Shown here piece after piece: positions 16,739 through 24,634 of a stretch of 64,000 nt of DNA. The notes under the pieces are model-generated. The model saw only the letters and a program-made list of their open reading frames with translations. It was not told where the DNA came from and ran no database searches. Each line of letters begins with the position of its first letter. The first letter of the stretch is position 1. Source of the stretch: a virus. The position numbers and the translations under genes are program-made. The stretch is taken from positions 3,850-67,849 of the IMG/VR virus record IMGVR_UViG_3300035703_000080; one strand, given 5' to 3'.

Positions 16739-19598
16739 AGCGTTTGTGCACGCCCCCGCTTGCCGATAGCGGAATCCCCGGCAAGTATGGAGGCTCAATA
16801 GTCATCTGCGCCAAGACCCATGTCTTGGCGTCATCCGCTTCGCTCTCCGGCGCGACTGCGATGGCCTCGTCATGCACCGTGCCCGCCACAGGGTAGCGTT
16901 TGTCGATGCGTAGCATGCCGTCGGTCATCACGATCCGTGCGGTGCCTTGGACACAGTTGTGTACTATGAAAGGGCCTGTGGCTCCTTTGACAACGAATCT
17001 GTTTCTCGGGCCACAGTTGACAATATCGTACACCTGTTGCTGAACGAGGGCGGCAGCGTCAGCAGTTCCACGGGCCAGCCCGATTTGAGTCGGTTGTACA
17101 ACGTAGTTCTCCCTATGCCCGTAGCCGCGCTTAGCGCAGGTACGTCTACCGCCCGAACTGTTGTGCGTTTGTTCATAGAATTCGTCTGCCGAGACACCCA
17201 CCGACAGTTCTCCGGCGAGTACGGGCCGTTGTTGTCCATACGATCCAAGTCCAAGCCTCGCGCATACGTAGCGCCCATGTCTTCCCAAAAAGCCGCGAAG
17301 CTGTTGCGCCATCTCTCGCAAACGTACACCCCCCTTGCGCCATAGTTTTTGTACGCTGCTTCCGCCTTGCTGTAACACCGCGCATGCATGTTGCGCCAAA
17401 CGATATAGGCGGGGTGCCGGCTCATACCGTGCGTGGTGTTCTTCTCCCCTATCAGCCGCCGCGTCATACAACCGCAGTTCGGAATCCCCCCGCGTTTGGT
17501 TTCTTTCGTTACGTCTGCGCCGAGCTTCACTGTCTGCGCACCGCATTCGCAGCGGAAGCGCCATTTCCACGACTTCCCGGTGGACGCCTCCGGGTGCAAC
17601 GCCGTCAACATGCCGAAGGTCTGGCCGGAAAGGTTCTTGAACTTGTGATGCGGCTTCCCATCCATGATCTGTGAGAACGAGGTGTTCCGGGGTAATGAGG
17701 ACGCCGTCCACGGTAACACAACCCTGAACTCCGGTCAAGATCTTCCCCGCATGCCGCACGAACTCCACCCCGTCGTGCACCAAGTCTTGCGGTTCGACGC
17801 TCTCTATGGGCACCCAGCCTCGCGCAGTAAGCACGGGCGTTCCTGCGGCCAAGCAGTTGTTGGTGATCTTCCCGGCGTACAGCTTCGACCGCTTCTTGCC
17901 GTCTGCGTACGTCCACTGGATGCGCCGCCCGTCGCCTTCGGGCTTGAGGTCAGGATACCGCAAGCTCATGCCGTTTGGCAAGACGATCTCCTCCTTGCGG
18001 AAGGTCAGGCACTTGTGGCGGTACTCGTTGCCCTTGAACAGGCTGTGGGTGATGAGGTTCTGGAAGAGTTCCCACAGACGCACGACGGGCTGCGCCGTGG
18101 CGCGGTACCGGGTGATGATGGCCTGAGCGGCGAGGCAGTGGATGAGCAGCTCCTGCGCCGTGCAGGAGTGCGGGATGGCCTCCATCGCCTTGACGAGATG
18201 CTCGGAGCCGATGAAGACGTCGACGTCGCGTGACGTCACGCCGAGCTGCCGCGCTTCTGCTTTTGTGTACCTTTTAGGTGGTGCACCGAGGAAACCCGTC
18301 AATAATTGTGCCGCGAAACTTGCCCACCCCAATTGGTACCCGCACCCAAGCAAAGCAGACTTTGCACTTTGTCTCTCCACCGGATGAGAGTCTTTAGTCA
18401 TACCGGGTATATTGAACATGCCCGCGCCGAATGTGGCGTAGGGGTCGCCGCCACCCTTGAAGATGTCGAGCAGCGTGCCGTAGTCGGCCAGCCACGCCAG
18501 CACGCGCGGCTCGATCTGGGACAGGTCTCCCACCACCAGCACGTGGCCCTCGGGGGCGGTGATGGCCTTGCGCAGGAAGCTCCCGCGCTTGAGGTTCTGG
18601 AGGTTGATCTGACTGCCCTTGCTGGCCGTGTACCGGCCCGTGGCGGCGCCGTAGTAGTTGACCGGGAAGGGCAGCGGCCCGCGCCGCGAGATGTCGAGGA
18701 ACCGTTGCGCACGGGTGCGCTGGAGCGTGGACTTGACCATCAGCCGCGCCTCGCACAGCAGGGCGACGGCCTCGTTGTCGGAGTTCATCATCGCCTGGAA
18801 CAGCGCGTCGTTCTTGGCGAACGCGAACGTCTTCTCCCCGGTGGTCTTGCTGACCTTCGTCGGCGGCTCGACGCCCATGCCCTCCAGCACGGCGGCGAAC
18901 TTGTCGTTGGACGCCAGCGCCGCCTCCTCCACGCCCAGGCGTGTGAGCAGCTCCTCCCGTGCTTGGCGCTCTTCCTCGATGGCGGGCTCCAGCATCGCCC
19001 CGTCCAGCACCAGCAGCGGGCGCGTGTACATGCGCAGGGTCAGGTCGATCAGGCGCAGCTCCTTGGACGGGTACCCGGGCAGCATGCGTAGGAAGATCTG
19101 CTCGCACAGCCACGTGTCGTGCTTGCAGTAGTCGGCCAGCGTCTGCTCGACGTCGAAGGGCAGCTCGTCGAGGATGTTCTCGGACGGGCTGAGCCCGTCT
19201 CCCTTGGGCGGCAGACCGTAGCGCTCGGCCAGCACCTTCAGGCTGTTGCCCACCTCGACGCCGTGCAGGGCGCGGCCCATGCTGAGCGTGTCGAACATGA
19301 AGCACGGCTGCACGCCGTAGTGCCACGACAGGATGCTGCCGTCGAACTGGGTGTTCTGGCAGACGAGCGCGGTACGCGTCCAGTCGATGCTGTCCGCCCA
19401 GTCTTGGATGCCGTTGCGGCGGACCCAGACGGCCTTGTTGTCCGTCCCGACCTCCTTCCACGACAGGCCCCACGCCTTGAAGCGCGGGTCGCGCAGGTAC
19501 TCCTCGTTGGTCTGGCACGAGAACCCGAGCTTGACCTCGCGCCCCCAGGACGTCTCGAAGTCCACCGCCAGTATGCGGTCGAATGGCGGCTTGCTCAA
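16719..19598 (-). CDS. polA: Family A DNA polymerase with 3'-5' exonuclease, containing an intein
   Basis: Exonuclease motifs DFET, NTQFD, YCKHD; motif A DLSQIEPR, motif B RQSAKSALLGCGY, motif C TVHDEA. Confidence 0.95.
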   Translation of the reverse strand: MSKPPFDRILAVDFETSWGREVKLGFSCQTNEEYLRDPRFKAWGLSWKEVGTDNKAVWVRRNGIQDWADSIDWTRTALVCQNTQFDGSILSWHYGVQPCFMFDTLSMGRALHGVEVGNSLKVLAERYGLPPKGDGLSPSENILDELPFDVEQTLADYCKHDTWLCEQIFLRMLPGYPSKELRLIDLTLRMYTRPLLVLDGAMLEPAIEEERQAREELLTRLGVEEAALASNDKFAAVLEGMGVEPPTKVSKTTGEKTFAFAKNDALFQAMMNSDNEAVALLCEARLMVKSTLQRTRAQRFLDISRRGPLPFPVNYYGAATGRYTASKGSQINLQNLKRGSFLRKAITAPEGHVLVVGDLSQIEPRVLAWLADYGTLLDIFKGGGDPYATFGAGMFNIPGMTKDSHPVERQSAKSALLGCGYQLGWASFAAQLLTGFLGAPPKRYTKAEARQLGVTSRDVDVFIGSEHLVKAMEAIPHSCTAQELLIHCLAAQAIITRYRATAQPVVRLWELFQNLITHSLFKGNEYRHKCLTFRKEEIVLPNGMSLRYPDLKPEGDGRRIQWTYADGKKRSKLYAGKITNNCLAAGTPVLTARGWVPIESVEPQDLVHDGVEFVRHAGKILTGVQGCVTVDGVLITPEHLVLTDHGWEAASQVQEPFRPDLRHVDGVAPGGVHREVVEMALPLRMRCADSEARRRRNERNQTRGDSELRLYDAAADRGEEHHARYEPAPRLYRLAQHACAVLQQGGSSVQKLWRKGGVRLREMAQQLRGFLGRHGRYVCARLGLGSYGQQRPVLAGELSVGVSADEFYEQTHNSSGGRRTCAKRGYGHRENYVVQPTQIGLARGTADAAALVQQQVYDIVNCGPRNRFVVKGATGPFIVHNCVQGTARIVMTDGMLRIDKRYPVAGTVHDEAIAVAPESEADDAKTWVLAQMTIEPPYLPGIPLSASGGVHKRYGLAKD
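16956..17855 (-). mobile_element. Intein (300 aa) in DNA polymerase
   Basis: CLAAGTPVLTARGWVPIE, block B ITPEHLVLTDHGW, VYDIVNCGPRNRFVV...FIVHN, Cys +1. Removing it restores KITNNCVQGTAR. Confidence 0.95.
16964..17665 (-). CDS. HNH homing endonuclease nested in the +1 frame of the polymerase intein
   Basis: NLSGQTFGMLT, WRFRCECG, NCGC, THGMS, WRNMHARC, YGARGVYVCERW, LDRMDNNGPYSPENCRW and a C-terminal HTH (GIGRTTLYNRLKSGW). Collinear with the free-standing HNH at 46517-47116. Confidence 0.9.
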   Translation of the reverse strand: MDGKPHHKFKNLSGQTFGMLTALHPEASTGKSWKWRFRCECGAQTVKLGADVTKETKRGGIPNCGCMTRRLIGEKNTTHGMSRHPAYIVWRNMHARCYSKAEAAYKNYGARGVYVCERWRNSFAAFWEDMGATYARGLDLDRMDNNGPYSPENCRWVSRQTNSMNKRTTVRAVDVPALSAATGIGRTTLYNRLKSGWPVELLTLPPSFSNRCTILSTVARETDSLSKEPQALS

Positions 19599-19891
19599 TG
19601 CACTTCTCCGTTTTGCGCAGCGGTGGCGGCGTCTTGTTGGAACGAGTCCAGAAACGAGTCATGCGCTGTGCGCAACAGCACGAGCACGTCGAGGTGCGAG
19701 GCGTTGACGCCGTGAACGCGCAGCGTCTCCTCGTCCTCCGTCCAGACGAAAACCCCGTGGCTGCGCGGGGAAGTGAAGCACGTGAGCAGCGACGTCATCG
19801 TGTCCAGCAGTGCCGTGCGTACCTCCGGGTCAAGACTGTTGGCCTTCAAGAGGAGTTGCTTGGCGTTATTCAGTAGGGTTTCAGTGTCCAT
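19595..19891 (-). CDS. Hypothetical protein (98 aa)
   Basis: Overlaps both neighbours; SD AGGAG. Confidence 0.65.
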   Translation of the reverse strand: MDTETLLNNAKQLLLKANSLDPEVRTALLDTMTSLLTCFTSPRSHGVFVWTEDEETLRVHGVNASHLDVLVLLRTAHDSFLDSFQQDAATAAQNGEVH

Positions 19892-20183
19892 GTTTGATGC
19901 TCCTGAGCGTGTCGATGAGTAAGTTGATCGTGTCTTCGCGCACGACTAGCGTTGTGCCCCCTGCTGCGGATATGGCTGCAAGCTCTTTGTCTTGCAGCGC
20001 GGTTGTCTTGTTGAAGCCCGCTTTGCACTCGATGCCGATGAACTTGCCGTTGAGGCATGCGATGATGTCCGGGACGCCCGAGCGTCCGTAACCGCCCATG
20101 ACGGGGAAGAAATGATATGCGCCGTATGTCTTCAACACAGCAACGCACATGTCCTTGACGATTTTCTCTGGTGTCTTTGCCAT
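19881..20183 (-). CDS. VRR-NUC domain nuclease (possible resolvase)
   Basis: GVPDIIAC...FIGIECKA...TALQ...AAGG pattern. Confidence 0.85.
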   Translation of the reverse strand: MAKTPEKIVKDMCVAVLKTYGAYHFFPVMGGYGRSGVPDIIACLNGKFIGIECKAGFNKTTALQDKELAAISAAGGTTLVVREDTINLLIDTLRSIKHGH

Positions 20184-20200
20184 TTAGTTTCCTTGTTGGG

Positions 20201-20366
20201 CGGGGGAGGAGACGCACATTCCCAGCCTCCCCCGACTTCTGGGTATGAAAGCCACTTAGGCTCTCTCGCGCCAACGAGAGCGGTTCGCCATAAGTGCGGC
20301 GACAGGTTCGCATGTGCGATGCATACTACTGCCTCCGTGGAGCCCAACCCCTGACCGCTACGGGGC
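20201..20366 (-). ncRNA. Candidate structured ncRNA, copy 1
   Basis: Intergenic; five or six helices shared with copy 2, with compensatory changes. Strand inferred from operon direction only. Confidence 0.6.
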
Positions 20367-20379
20367 TGATGTGTTTGGT

Positions 20380-20545
20380 AGGGGAGGAAACGCACATTCC
20401 CAGCCTCCCCTGATCTCTGGGTGATCGGATCACCACGGCTTTCTCGCTGGCAGACGAGAACGGTTCGCCGTAAGTACTGTACGCAGCGCTACATGTGCGA
20501 GGTGTTGTCTGCATACAGGTATCTGTCCCTGACCGTTACGGGACG
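20380..20545 (-). ncRNA. Candidate structured ncRNA, copy 2
   Basis: Diverged tandem paralogue of 20201-20366 that keeps all pairings. Confidence 0.6.
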
Positions 20546-20742
20546 GAGTAGCTTGATTGTATCTGTTTACCACCGCGCTGCTTCGCTGTTGATCAGTTCT
20601 ATTTTGGCCTGCTTGGCGAACCACCGTGCGACCAGTACGCGCTCCGCGTCGGTCTTGAAGGGCCACGCCCAGCGGGCGAGCGTCAGTCCTGATGGGTGCA
20701 TCATTCACACCACAACAAGAGGACCAATGTACCAACGATGTT

Positions 20743-20778
20743 GGCGATGGCGATGGCGATGGCGATGGCGATGGCGAT
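20743..20778. repeat. (GGCGAT)6 tandem repeat
   Basis: Six perfect hexamers; on the minus strand they encode (IA)6 in a short hydrophobic ORF starting at 20790. Confidence 0.9.
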
Positions 20779-20786
20779 GAGTTCGA

Positions 20787-21068
20787 TCATGGTTTGTCCT
20801 TCGTTGGTGGGTTCCAGATCCATATGACAGCCTTGGCTTCTGTCTTCCCGCACTTGCATAGCAGGCCTTCATCTTCCAGAGCCTTGCGCCAGCGGTAGAC
20901 CGTGCCTCTGTCGAGCCCGGTCAGCGCGGTCAGTTCGTCAATGGTTCTCGGAGCCTTGACCCACAGGGCCAGCATGTCGGCGCATTTCTTGATGTTATCA
21001 GTTCTTGGCACCTTCTCTCCTTTGAATTTCTCTGTCGATATACCACCGGGCCTTCTTGAGATCCTCAA
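20787..21068 (-). CDS. Winged-HTH-like protein (true start probably downstream of 21068)
   Basis: TIDELTALTGLDRGTVYRWRKALEDEGLL. Confidence 0.65.
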   Translation of the reverse strand: MRISRRPGGISTEKFKGEKVPRTDNIKKCADMLALWVKAPRTIDELTALTGLDRGTVYRWRKALEDEGLLCKCGKTEAKAVIWIWNPPTKDKP

Positions 21069-21210
21069 TGGCGTCGTGTTTCAGGTCGGCACGCCAGATG
21101 TACTTCACCGCGTTACCAAGACAGAAGTTCATGTGCTCGGTGATTTGTATGCACTCGACACCTGACGGGTGCTCGGTGTAGTGCTGGGGGTGGTTGACTG
21201 GGTCGTGCAT
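20998..21210 (-). CDS. DUF3310 (SaV-like) protein
   Basis: DPVNHPQHY...IECI-like VECIQI...FCLGNAVKYIWRA...EDLKKARWY. Confidence 0.85.
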   Translation of the reverse strand: MHDPVNHPQHYTEHPSGVECIQITEHMNFCLGNAVKYIWRADLKHDAIEDLKKARWYIDREIQRREGAKN

Positions 21211-21528
21211 ATTGGTATCCTCATTTCACAAGGAACCCCTTCGAGTTCCCACGGGCCTGTCCATGTCTGCCGCTCATGCGGCGGGTCGGTGTGGCGGCGG
21301 CAGGTGCTGCACTCGGCAGCACCGTACCCCGCGCAGCGGGCGACGTCGGCTGGGAGGGTCATGTCTGCGCCTCCAGCGCTGCCCGCGCCTTGGCGTACGC
21401 TTCGCGCAGGGCAGCGCTTAGCTTGACTCCAGCGGCTCGCACCTGTGCCCACGCCTTCCGCCTGCGGTCTGTATAGATCCACCACGGGTAAAGGTGGTTC
21501 TTGAGTCTTCTGATTCTGGTGCGTTGTT

Positions 21529-21780
21529 TCACTTCTTCCCCCCTACCTTATGCGCCAGCTCAGCCTTGAGGTAGCCCGCGAAGAAAGCCTCTACAAGCTC
21601 CCACGATGGGAAGCGCTCCAGGCACACGTCCTTTGCGAACACCGTGTTGTCAGGCGCGGCGTACAGATAAATCTCCCCGGCCACGTGGCGGTTGCCAACC
21701 TCGCGCAACTCAAACCCGCACTCCTTGGCGAGCCGGAAGCAGTTGTCGATCTTGATCTTGATGGCGTATGGTCCGTTCAT
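21529..21780 (-). CDS. Hypothetical protein (83 aa)
   Basis: SD AGGAG; coupled to the upstream ORF. Confidence 0.6.
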   Translation of the reverse strand: MNGPYAIKIKIDNCFRLAKECGFELREVGNRHVAGEIYLYAAPDNTVFAKDVCLERFPSWELVEAFFAGYLKAELAHKVGGKK

Positions 21781-22010
21781 GTCTTGCTCCTATGCTCCTC
21801 AAGAGCGGTGTTGATGATGTAGAGCAGGTCGTCCACGTTGCCGCCGTGCAGCGTCTCGCGGATCATGTCCAGCGCCCCAGCGAGCTTGACGTTCGCTGAG
21901 CGAAGTCGGCGCAGTTCGGCTGCGGTGTCTTGCTCATTGCCCTGATCTCGGCGATGTAATATTTTGCGGCCCACTTCCCGATGTGTGCGTACAACGTCGT
22001 CTCGGGTCAC
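21777..22010 (-). CDS. Hypothetical modular protein (AAELRRL module)
   Basis: 4-nt start/stop overlaps on both sides. Confidence 0.55.
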   Translation of the reverse strand: MTRDDVVRTHREVGRKILHRRDQGNEQDTAAELRRLRSANVKLAGALDMIRETLHGGNVDDLLYIINTALEEHRSKT

Positions 22011-22168
22011 TTCTTTTCCTCGGCATCAGTTATGTGGTCTTGCAACAACTGGCACTTGACAATTTCAAGCACGCCTAATGCAGTTGCAAACGGCATGGCA
22101 TCGCTGTATTTGTAAATGACATCCAATATTTCTTGGGTCATTCCTTCGGCAAGTTTCAAGGGGTTCAT
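22007..22168 (-). CDS. Hypothetical protein (MNPLKLAEG...)
   Basis: SD AAGGAG; coupled to neighbours. Confidence 0.55.
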   Translation of the reverse strand: MNPLKLAEGMTQEILDVIYKYSDAMPFATALGVLEIVKCQLLQDHITDAEEKK

Positions 22169-22587
22169 GTCTTGCTCCTTGCGCGGATGGCGGCGGCGCA
22201 TCTATCCGCCTCTTTGCCGTCGTGATAAATGATGCCGTCGCAGATGTCGGCACACGCTTCGCGCTCTGCCTCAACCTCGATCTTGATCTCGCGCTCGTAG
22301 CTTGCCTTTTGCAGGGCGAGGGTGTGTTCGTACTGTTTGCGCTCCATCAGCACCTCAACCTCCAGTCCCTCGGCGATCTGCGTGCCGAGGTGGTCCAGCA
22401 GATCTTCTATCGTGTCGCCGTGGCCGGTGGCGTAGCCCATGCTGCGCATCCAGTGGGCGAGTTTCTCGCGTTGGGCTGCGGCGATGAGGGCGGCAAACTC
22501 TGTAAGCTCTGGCGTGAGCAACTCCAACGATCCGTCAGGGTCTGCAAAGCATTCCCGCGCCATGCGGATGATGTCGTCTTGAGTCAT
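22165..22587 (-). CDS. Hypothetical modular phage protein
   Basis: MTQDDIIRMARE, GYATGHGDT and EREACA...AAAIRAR modules typical of phage accessory ORFs. Confidence 0.7.
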   Translation of the reverse strand: MTQDDIIRMARECFADPDGSLELLTPELTEFAALIAAAQREKLAHWMRSMGYATGHGDTIEDLLDHLGTQIAEGLEVEVLMERKQYEHTLALQKASYEREIKIEVEAEREACADICDGIIYHDGKEADRCAAAIRARSKT

Positions 22588-22850
22588 TGCTGTCCCTCCG
22601 CTTTGGCTATGGCTGCGCGGGCGTTATGCAAAGCCATCCCGTATGTGTTGAAATTCTGCGCAGTGGTCAAGGCCTTCAACGCCTCCAGCAATTCTTTCAG
22701 AACACCGTTGTCGAAGTGATGGCGCTCATGAAGTAGCGCGTTCTCGGCGTACAACCGGCGCAGTTCGGCTGCAACAGCCTTGGTTCCTCCGCAGCGGTCG
22801 CATTTCTCAATGCGTTCAGCCAGCCGCAGGGCTTCGGGTTGGTCAGCCAT
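22584..22850 (-). CDS. Hypothetical modular phage protein
   Basis: QPEALRLA, AAELRRL and ARAAIAKAEG modules. Confidence 0.7.
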   Translation of the reverse strand: MADQPEALRLAERIEKCDRCGGTKAVAAELRRLYAENALLHERHHFDNGVLKELLEALKALTTAQNFNTYGMALHNARAAIAKAEGQQ

Positions 22851-23775
22851 TGTTCTTCTCCTTCAGCGCTCGCTCGACGGCGCGTGCGAAAGCCAGATTC
22901 CACCCACCCTGCTGCCCAGGCGTCTCAATGCCCATGCGTCGAATCTCCTTATCCGTCAGCGGATGCCACTCGCGGTGGGGTGGGGCGGTGTAGAGGGCAA
23001 ACGCCTTGTACGCGCCGACCAGATCGTGCGGGTTATCGGTGACATACGCCGACTTGCCATCCTCCGTGTAGACCATCCACGCCACCGGCTCCTGCTCCTG
23101 CTGCGGTGCATTTACCCACTGCTCGAAAGGTATGCCGCTTGGATGCTGGTCATCAACCACAGTACATTTGTAGCGTGCTGTTGGCTCCTGTTTTTCCTGC
23201 GCCAGCGCTGCCTTGACTGCGGTGATGGCATTCGCAATCTTCTGCACATCCGCATCCATCTCGGCGTGCCGCTCGGGCCGGTATCCCGCCATCGCAGCGT
23301 GGTACTGCGCCGCCTCGGCCTGCGCAGCGGCGTAGCCGATTTCGAGCGCCTCCAGTATCAGCGGCGACTTGCGACAGCAGTCGATCACCTCACACACGCC
23401 GTCCTCGGCGATGTCGCAGGGGGGTTGTGCGGGATCGGCCCGCTCCTGCTCTGGCACATACCGTTGCCGTCCGACGTAAACGGCAGCCGGTTGTCCGTTA
23501 GCACCAAAGGCTTGGCAGTCTTCCGGAGTGTGGCGCAACGCTCCGTTGTTGTCCTCGAAAAAAAGGTGCATTTTCGCCGCCGGCTCCTGCTCCTCCAATC
23601 CCCGCGCACACACCGCACAGAGCTTGGCACGCTCGCAGGTTTCGCCGCACTGGTTGCGTGGTTCGGGCTGCGCCAGCGCTTTGCGGAGGGCGACGGCTGC
23701 TCGCAGTTGGATGTCAGGGTGTTCAGAGTCCAACGCCTCCAGCGCCTGCTGGGCGGCTTCGCGTAGCGTAGTCAT
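22843..23775 (-). CDS. Modular accessory protein (310 aa; Eaa/DUF551-like modules)
   Basis: MTTLREAAQQALEAL, QEPVAW, LYTAPP and PLTDKEI modules. Confidence 0.7.
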   Translation of the reverse strand: MTTLREAAQQALEALDSEHPDIQLRAAVALRKALAQPEPRNQCGETCERAKLCAVCARGLEEQEPAAKMHLFFEDNNGALRHTPEDCQAFGANGQPAAVYVGRQRYVPEQERADPAQPPCDIAEDGVCEVIDCCRKSPLILEALEIGYAAAQAEAAQYHAAMAGYRPERHAEMDADVQKIANAITAVKAALAQEKQEPTARYKCTVVDDQHPSGIPFEQWVNAPQQEQEPVAWMVYTEDGKSAYVTDNPHDLVGAYKAFALYTAPPHREWHPLTDKEIRRMGIETPGQQGGWNLAFARAVERALKEKNNG

Positions 23776-24026
23776 TGCTTCTCTCCAATGTTGTGCGCAC
23801 GTTCGACAGTGCGGACAAATTTTGTGCGGAAGGTTGCATCTTTTGACGGGAATCCATACACCGCCGCTGCGATGGATGTAATTTCTTCATCCGTCAGGGG
23901 TTTCTTGTCTGGATCAGGCTGCGCCAGCAGCTTGCGGAAACGCTCGGCGTAGGCCGCGAAGTGGCCGCACCCACCGCAGTCGTAGTCGGCCACGAACTCT
24001 TGAACGGCTTCGCGTAGCGTGGTCAT
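23772..24026 (-). CDS. Hypothetical modular protein (MTTLREAV...PLTDEEI)
   Basis: Paralogous start and end modules to 22843-23775; SD GGAGG. Confidence 0.6.
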   Translation of the reverse strand: MTTLREAVQEFVADYDCGGCGHFAAYAERFRKLLAQPDPDKKPLTDEEITSIAAAVYGFPSKDATFRTKFVRTVERAHNIGEKQ

Positions 24027-24232
24027 GCCAACCCCTCCCATGCTGCCGCCACCACAACGGCGGTGAAGATCACGACGATCACGACCCAGAACCACATCGT
24101 GTCTTCCTTCGGGTCTTCGTCCTCCTGCCCGACGTCGGTGCAGGGCTCTGCGGCTTCGGGGTGACGCCCTTGGTAGTCGGCGCCCTTGGGGAGCCGACGC
24201 ACTGTCGGCGTAGTGTCGTCATCGTGTTTCAT
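24023..24232 (-). CDS. Small membrane protein
   Basis: C-terminal hydrophobic helix MWFWVVIVVIFTAVVVAAAW. Confidence 0.6.
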   Translation of the reverse strand: MKHDDDTTPTVRRLPKGADYQGRHPEAAEPCTDVGQEDEDPKEDTMWFWVVIVVIFTAVVVAAAWEGLA

Positions 24233-24486
24233 GGTGCATCCTTAATTGATAGTTTGTCCATGTCGTGGTGTAACCGCTCGTGGAACGACTCTTCGCTGTC
24301 GTCACTAGAGAGTAGGAAGTCGATACGCTCCAAGTACACCGCCGCCGCGCGAAGCGTGGCGAGTCCCTTACCGAATTCCGCCAACGTCTCCTTGCTGAAC
24401 TCGTCATTGGTCTCGATGACGGACGCAAGTCTGTCCGCCATGTTCTGCATCCGACACTGCTCGTAGTCGAAGTAGCCGCCGCTCAT
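24229..24486 (-). CDS. Conserved phage hypothetical protein (MSGGYFDY...)
   Basis: MSGGxFDY start and RIDFLLSSDD motif; SD AAGGAG. Confidence 0.7.
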   Translation of the reverse strand: MSGGYFDYEQCRMQNMADRLASVIETNDEFSKETLAEFGKGLATLRAAAVYLERIDFLLSSDDSEESFHERLHHDMDKLSIKDAP

Positions 24487-24634
24487 ACCAACTCCTTTCT
24501 GGGCACGTGCGTGGCGAGTAGCCAGCGGCTACCCAGCCGACGGATAGCGCGGGCCCATGCCCGCTGATTGTGGCGGTCGAGTTGTCGATCACCCGAGGCC
24601 CACAGGGCCCGGGCACGTCGTAGCATCTTGGTGT

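Noticed and set aside
20219-20245. HDV-like ribozyme, suggested by TCCCAGCCTCC
   Set aside because: The P3 partner, P1 return strand and 3' catalytic C/P2 strand are not found in the required order on the same strand.
20255-20292. c-di-GMP-I riboswitch, suggested by GGCGAACC on the minus strand
   Set aside because: No GNRA loop/receptor and no GACGCAAAGC-type segment.
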